This document shows, piece by piece, positions 1 to 10,105 of a DNA stretch of 36,284 bases. Numbering within the stretch: position 1 is the first letter of the stretch; every line of letters starts with the position of its first letter. The position numbers were made by a program, and so were the translations under genes. The notes under the pieces are model-generated. The model did not search any database. It saw only the letters and a list, made by a program, of their open reading frames with translations, and was not told where the DNA came from. Source of the DNA: Catajapyx aquilonaris (lineage: Eukaryota); assembly GCA_000934665.2 (NCBI GenBank), contig KZ538221.1:62001-98284 (forward strand). The letters run 5' to 3'.

Positions 1-262
1 CAAAGATACCGTTCAAAGCTTGGTTCAAAGTTGATCCTAAATTTGATCCAGATATAAGTTGATCCTGATTTTGATCCTGATTACAATCATTTGATTTTGA
101 TTTTGTCATTTTGATCTAGATAAGCTGATCCAGATTTTCGTCCAGATTAAAGTCGATCTTAATATTGATCAGGATCAACTGTTCACGATCAAAGTTGATC
201 CTGATTATGATCAAGATCAAAGTCAATTTTAATATTGATCCAGGTCAAAGTTGATCCACAAT
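1..262. repeat. Degenerate intronic minisatellite (aaagttgatcc/gatca motif)
   Basis: Many imperfect copies of caaagttgatcc(t/a)gat. Confidence 0.75.
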
Positions 263-301
263 ATCAATTTTTCATCTTAACCTGGCCTGTCCCATTTCCA
301 G

Positions 302-520
302 CCCCAGCTTGACCTGGCGTGACATGCAGCACCTGGTGACCTGGACCTCTGAAGAAGTACCCCTCCGGAACAATCCGGGTTGGCAGCAAAACGCAGCCGG
401 GTTTCGGGTCAATCTTCGATTCGGATTTGGCCTGATGAACGCCCTGGGAATGGTCCAATCAGCTTTGAACTGGACCCTAGTGCCCAATCAGCGTATTTGC
501 CACGTCCAAATGGACCCCAG
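302..520 (+). CDS. PCSK1: PC1/3-like exon: end of catalytic (S8) domain
   Basis: Acceptor cccatttccag|C at 302, donor AG|gtggga after 520; encodes PSLTWRDMQHLVTWTSEEVPLRNNPGWQQNAAGFRVNLRFGFGLMNALGMV..CHVQMDP. Confidence 0.92.
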
Positions 521-3500
521 GTGGGACAGTCCTGGAAACAAAAGATATGTGTTTATTCAGCCTAGCCCCGACTTTTGGGCGAGTATAGCATAATGGGTGC
601 TGTACAAATTCTGTGGGCTGTAATTACTCAAAAGTGAAGTGTACTGCATTGTAGTACTAGACGTATAAAAAAAAATCCCATTGACGTCACTGCATATCAA
701 TAATGCAAATCCTTGCACACTGGGTGACCCCTTTGTACGGAGGATCAAAAGCACATGTCGCACTGCATTATGCTAGAAAATGTCAAAATTTTTATTAATT
801 AAAAAAGTAATTAATTTCAATATGATAAACCGAAACACTCTGAATCCATTTTGAATCCCAAATTTGACGAAATTTTGAATACTAATTCTTGGCGCCATCT
901 TGAATCTTAAAATCGACGCGACGCCATCTTGAGCCCTGAATCCATTTTGAATTTTAAATGTGACGTTATCTTGAATCCTGACGCCATCTTGAATCCTACA
1001 CTTGATCCATCTTGAACCCTGACTCCCTTTTAGATCCTGGCGCCACTTTGAATCCTGAAAGATACTCCATCTTGAATCCGGTTACCATTTTGAAGCTTAA
1101 ATTCGACGCCATCTTGAATTATAAATCTATCTTGAACCCTGTAACCCTCTTGAATCCTGAATCCATTCTGAATTTAAATGTGACGTCATCTTGAATCCTG
1201 AGTACAACTTGAACCCTAACTCCATTTTGAACCCTAACTCCATTTTGAATCTTAATTCTGACGCCATCTTATATCCTGAATCCATATTGAAGCTTAAATT
1301 CAACGCCATCTTGAATCCTGAATCTATCCTGAACCTTGAAACTATATTGAATCGTACATCCTGACGCCATCTTGAATCCTGGTGCCATTTTGAATCCTTA
1401 ATCCTCACTTGCGAACTAATTGCAAATATATTTTTATTTTTTATTATTGATTATTTAAATAAATGTATTTTTTTCCAGTGAGGTTGTGGTGTTCGGTTCC
1501 GGTAACCCCCTTTCGGTGCAAATTACAACTGACGCCTGCCAGGGAACGGAACAAGAGGTGAATATTTTAGAACACGTAGAACTGGTAGCTAGCATTTCCT
1601 ATCCGGTTAGAGGAGCATTGCAGATATACCTTACTTCGCCATCAGGTACGTCCGGTTTTAAAGGAAGTCGAACGAGGGAGAAACAACTCCATTACGATGA
1701 ACCTATCAAAAAAATCACATAAATCATCACGAATCTTCGTGAATTTTCACAAATCTTTGTAAATATCGATTAATCTCCATGAATCCTCAATTAATCTTTA
1801 TAAATCTTCTATGAATCCACATTAATATCCACCGAAGATGAGTTATTTCACCCTCGACAGGTTATGCGTTGTTGCCACCGTTTGTTCTGTATCGATACTT
1901 TCAGGGACGCGTGTTCAAGTGCTGACCAGTCGACCCAAGGACATGTCTAAAGATGGGTTCATCAAGTGGAGGTTCATGTCAGTTCACACTTGGGGTGAAA
2001 ATCCGAGCGGTGATTGGAGAGTGGAGATCACGGATGATGTGAGCGCCATCTATCGATATGTCGAAACAAACGATCCAATATGGCGGATGGATCCAAAATG
2101 GCAGCCCTAATAGTTTGATTCGTTTTCAGACCGAATCAGGGTTGGAAGGACAAGGACTACAGTTTGGTCTGATACTGTACGGTACTAAGGAGGTACCTCA
2201 TCACATGAGGAACGGACCTAGGCCGTACCAGGAAGACTATAACAAGATTCAGAAAAAGGTAGAGCAAACAGTAGTCGCCACTGGGAACTATAAAACAGTA
2301 GCTAGTGACGTAACACCGGATGCTATAGAGTGACGACTATAAGGAAAGCTTTTTTTATCCCTCCATCCGGGCTGGGGAGTGTAAGCGGATAGCAACGGCA
2401 TTGACTTCTATGAGCTCTCCAAATAGCTCATAGCAACAGATATGTTGCGTCACTATGGCTGTAGTATGTCAGACTAGAGCAGGCTGTAGACGCCTGTATG
2501 TAAATTCCCGGGTTACTATGGCGTTACTATGTGTCCAAAATTTTTGGATAGTACTGTACAGCCGTCTGCACTCTAGCTAGGTGAAGGCATTTTAAACCTA
2601 TAATTAGTGAGGAGGGGGGGCAACTGACCCTACAAGGCTTCGTTTATTATTTTATTAATTAATTATTGTTGTTTATTATTTATATGTTTGGGAAACGCCG
2701 TGAAGAAGAAATAAATTATTTATTAATTTTAACGTAAGTTATTTACAACCAATTATGTATTTAAAAAACGTCACTTAAAAAAAAGAAAAAAAGAAAAAAA
2801 AGTGGTGCCCCGGGTGAGGATCGAACTCACGGCCTTCAGATTATGAGACTGACGCGCTGCCTACTGCGCTACCGAGGCTTGTTAGGGACCAACAGTTGGA
2901 ATGAATGTATAAGACCCGTATAAGACGCTCTGATTCGATCACGTGTTGGAAATCAAGAAATAATGAAATTTGTATTCATTATTTCCAACAGTTGATCGTA
3001 TTTGAGGGTTTCATTATTTCCAACACTTGATCAAATTTGTGCGTTTCGTTATTCACAACACTTGATCGTATTTGACTGTTTCATTCTTTCCAACACTTGA
3101 TCAAATTTGACTATTTAATTATTTCCAACACTAATCAAATTTGACTATTTCATTATTTCCAACACTAATCAAATTTGACTATTTCATTCTTTCCAACACT
3201 AATCAAATTTGAGTGCTCACTGTCAGTTATTTCCAATACTCTATCAAATTTAAGCAGCTGGGCGTTGGTTCTAAGCAATATGGCATTTGTTATTGGGTAG
3301 TGCTGGAAATAAGGCCCTTAAAAATTGTTCAAACGTTGGAAATAATGAAATACTCAAAAGTGAGCTACCTACAGATGCTGGAAATAAGTAATCAGACCTT
3401 TGACATCGAAAAGTGCTCTAAAGAAGGTGCTCGAAAGTTTATGTAGTGTTGGAAACAACAGAACTAATTTAAGCATTTGGCGATTGGAAATAAGGTGAGG

Positions 3501-3999
3501 TCATATTGAACAGTGCTGGAAATAAGGCGCTAACATTTAATCTGGTTTTTGGAAATAATAAAACACTAATATAAGCTGGAAATATCGGGCGCTTTACATC
3601 GAACAGTGCTCGAAATAAGGCGATCAAAAGTTGATGTAGTGTTGGAAACAACACAAAAAATTTAAGCATTTGGCGGTTGGAAATAAGGTGATGCCATATT
3701 GAACAGTGTTGGAAACGAGGCGCTAACATTTAATCCGGTGTTGGCAATAAGAAAATACTAGCAGAAGCTGGAAATAAGCGATCGCGGGCGTTTGGCATAG
3801 ACCAGTGCTCGAAATAAGGCGCTCAAAAGTTGATCAAGTGTTGGAAATAAGCTAACAATATTTTCAACCCATTTCAGGCCAACACCCGTTCCGGATCAGG
3901 GAAGACCATAGATGAGCTGACAAACGAGATCGGAAAGAGACCGGATTGGACTGACCTAGTCCAACAAAGCCTATTGGTCAGAAACGCTTTGACATCCAG
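302..3999 (+). CDS. PCSK1: Neuroendocrine convertase 1 / proprotein convertase PC1/3-like, 3' part (5' exons lie upstream of the window; terminal exon uncertain)
   Basis: join(302-520,1479-1645,1905-2038,2130-2258,3878-3999?) with GT..AG introns and matching phases (2,1,0,0). Translation (N)PSLTWRDMQHLVTWTSEEVPLRNNPGW..RFGFGLMNA..LEHVELVASISYPVRGAL..LTSPSGT..FMSVHTWGENPSGDW..LILYGT..HMRNGPRPY..YNKIQKK matches kexin/furin-family S8 C-terminus + P domain. LVxWTSE.PL.NNPGW and MSVHTWGENP resemble PC1/3 more than furin or PC2. Confidence 0.88.
838..1400. repeat. Degenerate intronic minisatellite (gacgccatcttgaatcctga)
   Basis: More than 20 imperfect copies of ccat(c/t)ttgaa(t/c)c; produces spurious ORFs 1012-1194 and 1127-1408. 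Confidence 0.85.
1479..1645 (+). CDS. PCSK1: PC1/3-like exon: P domain start
   Basis: Acceptor tttttttccag|T, donor G|gtacgt; encodes EVVVFGSGNPLSVQITTDACQGTEQEVNILEHVELVASISYPVRGALQIYLTSPS. Confidence 0.92.
1905..2038 (+). CDS. PCSK1: PC1/3-like exon: P domain
   Basis: Acceptor actttcag|GG, donor GAT|gtgagc; encodes GTRVQVLTSRPKDMSKDGFIKWRFMSVHTWGENPSGDWRVEITDD. Confidence 0.93.
2130..2258 (+). CDS. PCSK1: PC1/3-like exon: end of P domain and linker
   Basis: Acceptor gttttcag|ACC, donor AAG|gtagag; encodes TESGLEGQGLQFGLILYGTKEVPHHMRNGPRPYQEDYNKIQKK. If unspliced, the frame reads on to a TGA at 2331-2333. Confidence 0.85.
2777..2801 (-). terminator. Pol III oligo-T terminator of tRNA-Met
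   Basis: Three runs of 7-8 T on the - strand beginning 5 nt after the discriminator base. Confidence 0.75.
2806..2878 (-). tRNA. tRNA-Met (elongator, anticodon CAT)
   Basis: Minus strand reads GCCTCGGTAGCGCAGTAGGCAGCGCGTCAGTCTCATAATCTGAAGGCCGTGAGTTCGATCCTCACCCGGGGCA (73 nt): complete cloverleaf, G1-C72, TTCGA T-loop (elongator type), close to metazoan elongator tRNA-Met. Confidence 0.97.
2945..3852. repeat. Foldback-like array: tandem ~33-35 bp units followed by inverted copies of the same motif
   Basis: atttccaacacttgatcaaatttga units at 2975-3245; reverse-complement gtg(t/c)tggaaataag motif at 3300-3852, including a 193-bp direct duplication (3441 vs 3634). Confidence 0.7.
3878..3999 (+). 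CDS. PCSK1: Probable PC1/3-like C-terminal tail exon
   Basis: Unique-sequence island after a repeat array; acceptor cccatttcag|GCC, donor AG|gtacgt; open in the phase-0 frame required by exon 2130-2258 (ANTRSGSGKTIDELTNEIGKRPDWTDLVQQSLLVRNALTS). No homology recognised. Confidence 0.55.
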
Positions 4000-4486
4000 G
4001 TACGTTTTTTTTTTTTTTTTTNGGAATTGTTCCTCCTTTTACTACTTTGTGATCCCCGTGATGGATCCACTCTTCCGGACGACAGATGAAACGCTCGAGA
4101 GATGAAAGGTCCTTTGGTCAAACCACGTCACATAAACCCCATCACTCTCTTTCAGCGCCATCTCTTGGAAATAAGATTAGAGTGATGAAGGGACGAATTA
4201 TGTCACGCCTGGCTTGTCTCTGGGAAATTGCAGGCGACTGTGAATTCATAGGAAATGTCTAGAACTATATTCAGGCCTGTTTAAAGCCGGTGTTAATGTT
4301 TAACTGGGGTTAAACTGACAGTTACGTGGCGTGACATTAGAAATTTCCATAGTTTTGTCACTGTCGATGACTTACTGAGTTGATGCTTCCGTGACATTGC
4401 TTCCGAAGGGTGTTACGCACCGTGACGGTGCGTGACGGTGCGTGACATTCGTATGCCGCTCATAAGGTGGCCAGACAGACTTCAGC

Positions 4487-4506
4487 CAGGGAGCATATAC
4501 TCCCTG
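4487..4506. mobile_element. 20-bp remnant (probable excision footprint) of the CAGGGAG MITE family
   Basis: cagggagcatatactccctg = fused left and right TIR tips of the 26225/29073 family; flanks cttcagc / cttcacg (5/7 match). Confidence 0.6.
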
Positions 4507-5096
4507 CTTCACGATGTTGAATCTCTAACGTTACGGGCGTGACAGCCGTGACGGTGCGTGACAAAATCGACTGACCGTTCCCAAATTTTAAAGCCAGTTC
4601 GACCTATCCCATCAGTCTTTAACCTAGCACTTTTCAACTTTCCAGATTGACAAGTCTCAGCCCAGAAGACGTCATCGCCGCGCGCCATCTGTTGCATCAA
4701 CTCGAAGACGAAATGATTAACGACCCAGATAATTCCCGATAACCTTTTCTCCCAGAAAAAACTTTTCCATCATTCAATTCAACTCCTGTCAATCTAACCA
4801 CCGTAAAATTTTAATAAGTTTAACCTTTAAAAAATTCTTTTTAAAAAAACCGGGCAGCTCCCATGTAAGTGAACGTAATAAAAAAAATCGCAACTGCAAA
4901 ACTAGCGGGTTGTAAAATCGCATTAAATTCGCATCGCTTAAGCCACGCAAGAATATGGATAATTTTCAGATGGACTCATTCAAGCTGCAACAATACTGTA
5001 CGTCACTAGAACCGTTTATTATTAAGGGAACGCTTAAAATTTTGATTGAGTACAATACAGTACAATGCAATTACGTAACAATGCAATAATTAGTGG

Positions 5097-5202
5097 ATCA
5101 ACTGATCCGATAATTATCGGATCAGTTGATAAAAAAATATGAGGATCAATCGGCTGATGATCAATTATAATTGATCATCAGCCAATTGATCCTCATATTT
5201 TT
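5097..5202. repeat. Two adjacent loop-less palindromes (34 bp perfect; 70 bp, 1 mismatch)
   Basis: atcaactgatccgataa|ttatcggatcagttgat (5097-5130); aaaaatatgaggatcaat..caatta|taattg..attgatcctcatattttt (5133-5202). Confidence 0.9.
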
Positions 5203-5749
5203 GCTCTTCGACATGTTTTCCGAGAAAATCCTTATCCTTGAAGCAATAGAGACAGAAATATGGTTTTCGCCACTCGAAAATGTCGTCCGGCGATTCAATT
5301 TCCAGGGGCCGCTCGTCGCCAGGGAGACACCACGACTTGTGATCCGGAATGAACCGGAGGCGTCTTGTCTTGTGAGGAAACTTCCCAGGATCCTACCAAT
5401 TTGGCAAATGCAAGGAGTCTGGGTCCCCCCCCCCCCCCAAACGGCTACTCTGCTTAATAAACCGCCAGGTATTCAAGGATGTACCTGATGGTGGGATGTG
5501 CGTCAAAGTTGGGCTTAAAACAAGGCGTGATAATCTGGTGTTCCTCTAATGCGCCGTACGACTTAACGGTTTGGTTTTACTGCCTCAAGGCGCTCCATTT
5601 ACAGGCGGTACCAGTGTTAGGCTACATGCGGCCTGAAACATAAGGTTTTGGATCTAATAGTTCACAGTATAGGGTACCCCACAGTATATTCTTGGTTTTT
5701 TGAAGTCATGGAGTGAATAATAATTTTTTATTCCAATAATACAGTAGTT

Positions 5750-6550
5750 CTATCCTAATGTTATTAATTTTATTTAACTACGATTTATTTAACTACTATT
5801 TGATTGAACTATGATTTATGCATGTAAATATTAATTGTAACTATTATATAATTTCGCTCGCATCCATTATTGTAACTTATTTAGCTGTTACTGATTTAAC
5901 GGTTTTAGCTGTTATTAATTTAGCTGTTTAGCTGTTATTAATTTAACTATTTTAGCTGTTATTAATGTTAACTGTTATTTATCTGTAGCTAATTCTATCT
6001 ATTTAATTAGTGTTATTTAACAATTATTTCTTTTAACTGTTATTTTGTAAAATTTTAACAATGATTTATTTTCTTTTTAATCACAATTATTCATTGTATT
6101 TTAACCATTTTATTGTATTTTAACCATTTTATTGTATTTTACATATTATTTATTTTATTGAAATGTTATCTATTTATTCGACTATTATGTATTGAAACGT
6201 TAGATATTTATTCAACTATTATGTATTTTATTGGTTTTATTATATTTAATGGCTTTATTATATACTTGGTTTTTATATTTTATTGGCTTTTTAAATATGT
6301 TATTGGTTTTAAATATTTGATTTGTTTAATTTAACTTAATACTTTTATTAATTTTAAAATATTTTATTGGTTTTATTATATTTTATTGGTTTAATTTAAT
6401 TTAATACTTTTCTTAAATTTTAAATATTTTATTGGTTTTATTTAATTAATACTTTTATGAATATTTAAATCTTATCGTTTATCTTATTTTACTTGTTTTA
6501 ATTGTATTTATAATTGCCAATTGCATATTTCACTATTTTAATAATTAATA
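5750..6550. repeat. AT-rich low-complexity region
   Basis: Degenerate ttttattggttt / tttagctgtt motifs, very high T+A content. Confidence 0.8.
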
Positions 6551-6587
6551 TATCCAGATGAATTTAATCTATACCGTACTTCCCAAG

Positions 6588-8010
6588 AAGCGTGAGCGTG
6601 AGCGAGAATCGCCCGTTAAAATTCTCTCCAAACACACCGGATCTCGCCAGCTTGTGAACAGGCTCGCCCGCATGCATGATTCATATCGCACGCTACCCGA
6701 GCTTGTTATAGTCGTCTAGCAATAAGAGACGACTCACCTGAGTCCAGCAGGCGATAGGCGCAGGTGCAAAGAGAGTCGGGGGCATGGGACTCCGAGGCTA
6801 TTGATCACTAGCTCTCTCGCCTAGCCAGCAAGCGAACCAGGCCAAGAGTTGCATGCACTGTATGTGTAGTTGCGCGGGAGATGCCAGCGAGTCTAGTCGC
6901 TCGCTACCATCGCTCCTGACTATCTTCCGCATCTGGCTACCCTTCTCGCAAGCACCTGGCAACCCCTACAGAACCCGAGGGTGAGGTAAGGTTCGACACG
7001 TGGGTTGGCCCGGTGGGTGCATAAGCTAGGGAGAAGTCATTTCTCGCTCACGCTTGTATACACGGTTCTCGCTCTTGTGAACACGTTCTTTGTAACTCAC
7101 GGATGACTTCTAGTAGGCCCTACTACTGTACTTTCGAGCGTGAGCGTGAGCGAGTTATGGCTTTTCGCTAGAGTAGTGTGAATTTTCGGAGTCCCACAAC
7201 AGTCCGGTTATAGTAGACCTTTTACGGGCACACGTCGGATATAGTAGACCTTTACCGGAAAACCTCGGATATAGTAGACCGGAGTCCCACGCCAGACGAT
7301 CCCTGACGTTATTTTAATGACTTTTACCCGTCAAACTATCGTCTCAATGACACAAGTCATTTAATCTTAACGTGAAATTGGCCTTAAAAGTCGTTATCAT
7401 CTGGTGTGGGACTCTGGTTTACTATATCCGAAGTGTGCCCGTAAAAACGTCTACTATATCCGAACTGTTGAAAATTTACACTACTTTCTCGCTAGCTTGT
7501 GAATACACTTTAATTATTTGTCGCTCATGTTGTTTTTACTAAAGGGTGAGCGTGAGCGTGAGCGAGAAATGGCTTCTCGCTAACATGTAAAAACACCTTA
7601 ATTATTTGTAGCTCATTGATGACTTGTTTGTCCTAAAGCGTGATCGTGAGTGAGAAATGGCTTCTCGCCTTCTAGACTCTCGAGCGAGAATTCAGCGGAA
7701 GTGTAACCGGAAGTTCCCCGAGATGAACGACTTACAAGTCCTAAAGCGTGTTTTCGAGCGTGAGAGTGACCGAGAGCTTCTTGCTAACTTGTCAACAATT
7801 ATTTGTAGCTCATTTTACTTTGTCCTAAAGCGTGAGCGAGAAATAGCTTCTCGCTAGCTTGTGAACGCAACTTAATTACTGGTAACTCATAGATGACTTA
7901 TTTGTCCTAAAGCGTGAACGAGACGGAGAGCGTGAGCGTGAGCGAGAAATGGCTTCTCGCCCCTTTTAGAGCGAGAATTCAGCGGAAGTGTTTCAGGAAG
8001 TTCCCGAGAG
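6588..8010. repeat. Repeat cluster built on gagcgtgagcgagaaatggcttctcgc (~95-100 bp unit), probably TE subterminal repeats
   Basis: Unit copies near 7136, 7547, 7637, 7756, 7829 and 7928; inverted copy at 7041-7055 facing 6588. Confidence 0.7.
7172..7485. mobile_element. Hairpin MITE (AGTAGTGTGAATTTT TIR family), degenerate copy with TSD
   Basis: Same ends and arms as 23360-23618; flanked by ttttcgctag / ttctcgctag. Confidence 0.75.
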
Positions 8011-9308
8011 CCAATCACAACTGACGAAAAGACGTTCCCCCTCCCTTTCTCTGATTGGTTCTGACTGCATTTCCGGCCAGACTTCCGCTCATATCTTTGC
8101 TGAATGATTTGTGCCAGAAGCGTGGCAGTAATTAGCGGTGACTAATGGGACACATGTGCGGGGACGGTTAATTAGCTGGTTGTTTAGTTCTAATTGCCGA
8201 TGTTGATTGTTTTGTTAAGTGAGGGAAAAAATGGTATGATGGTATCGATATCGCTAGAGGGCAGTAGGCAGGTCAAGTGTCATGTACTGTAGTTTGCTCG
8301 TACAGTATTATGATCAATAAACTGATGGTATGAATGGGTAGTATCGGTGCACCTAAAGTGATTACTCATTGACGCGTATTATTCTGTCTGGTAAACTGAA
8401 CTGCAAATATTTACGGGGGGTATTTGTCATGTGGTCTAGGTTGCACCATCCCCGGTAAATTAACAAAAACTGAGGGTTTGTACGGTGTAATTGCTGGAAA
8501 CAGTTAATTATTCCGCGTGACAATGTAATGTAACAAGTGCAGTAAAATGTGCAAGTCAAAAATTACAAAATGCCAGTTATTATTTACGGTAGTTTACGCA
8601 CCAGTCAAATGTTCGTTGTTGCGAAACTTAGAACCAAGGTACAGTACATCATAAAACCGTTTAGAGCCGGTTGTATAACGGACAGTAAATAAAAGCTTCG
8701 TTTTATTTACTATAAACTTTCACATCACATAACAAGTTTTTATCTCCTTATCAAGTAAGGACCAATGAAAAACCGGTTGTAAAACCCGCCGATGTAAATA
8801 CGGATTGTTGACTCCAGCAACACCCATTGAAGCAATATAAATGAACTCGCTACGCTCGGCGGTGGGGGTTTCGCCCACTCAGCGCGCCATCGGCGCTTGG
8901 CATCCCCGCTCGTTTGCACTACATTCGGGATTGAAACCTTCCCCCTTCTTTTTAAGCTGCCTGATGGGATTAACAATCAATTTGGTCAGCTGTTTTTAAT
9001 CACAATTAAACTAAGTACAGTCCATGACAAAATAGGCTTAACTTCATGCCCATTGGCTCCGTTTCATTATCGTAAGTATAGGCAATTCACGCTTGGTTTT
9101 AACATAAAATCCACACACGGTTCGACCTATATCAAAACAAACTTCTGGTTGTAAATCAAAGCCAAACTCAGTATACACAACACGTCACGTCACGTCCAAT
9201 CCACCCGCCGGAAGCGCGCGCAAAAATCGCGTCTATTTTTGCATACTATCGGAGGCCAGCCGGGATAGATAGAGTTCTATTGGCAACTAACGAAGGCCAG
9301 TTTTCATC

Positions 9309-9328
9309 AGAGAGAGAGAGAGAGAGAG
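9309..9328. repeat. (AG)n microsatellite
   Basis: About 10 AG units. Confidence 0.9.
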
Positions 9329-9676
9329 CAATCTGAACCCAGGACGGATTGTTCACCCTAGCAACCAGGTTAGAAACCCCAATATGTTTAAGCAGTGTTT
9401 GGTGACTCCCGAGGGTAATTTGGGATTACCCGACGGATTTTCGGATTATTACAGTATGTTAACGTCCCCCTGTGGGCAAGCCAACAGTTGAAACCCAAAT
9501 TTTGGGGCAAAAACCGCGATTAACTGTAGTTGAAAGAGAATAATCCGCGAGGGGAATTGTTGTAAATAATTTTAGGGATCGTAAATGACGATTCAGTGTT
9601 ACCTACAGTTACAATGGGGGGGGGGGGGTTTGTGACAGTGGAGATGTACAGGTGATCACTCATTAATACTGATGAT

Positions 9677-10105
9677 GATCATTCCTCAGCAATTTGTTGA
9701 TTATTCTTCAGCGCACGATGGTCATTCCTCATCAGCGCATGATGGTCATTCCTCAGCGATTAATTGATAGTCATTCCTCAGCAATTTGTCGATCATTCCT
9801 CAGCAACTTGTCGATCATTCCTCAGCAACTTGTCGATCATTCCTCAGCGTAGATGGTCATTCCTCAGCAACTTGTCGATCATTCCTCAGCGTAGATGGTC
9901 ATTCCTCAGCAATTTGTCAATCATTCCTCAGCGTAGATGGTCATTCCTCAGCAACTTGTCGATCATTCCTCAGCGTAGATGGTCATTCCTCAGCAACTTG
10001 TCGATCATTCCTCAGCGTAGATGGTCATTCCTCAACAATTTGTCGATCATTCATCAGCGATTAATTGATAGGCATTCCTCAGCAATTTTGATGCTCATTC
10101 CTCAA
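9677..10105. repeat. Minisatellite with CATTCCTCAGC core; alternating 22- and 20-bp monomers form a 42-bp higher-order unit
   Basis: gatcattcctcagcgtagatggtcattcctcagcaacttgtc repeated about 5 times at 9835-10045, with degenerate edges; about 20 cores in total. Confidence 0.92.

Noticed and set aside
6113..6334. Hydrophobic 73-aa ORF resembling a membrane or mitochondrial protein
   Set aside because: T-rich low-complexity sequence giving F/I/L/Y bias; no mitochondrial gene motifs.
9677..10105. CRISPR-like array or repeat protein ORFs 9764-10123 and 9786-10064
   Set aside because: The constant core is only ~11-13 bp, the intervening sequences recur, there are no cas genes and the context is eukaryotic; the ORFs result from the 42-bp period.
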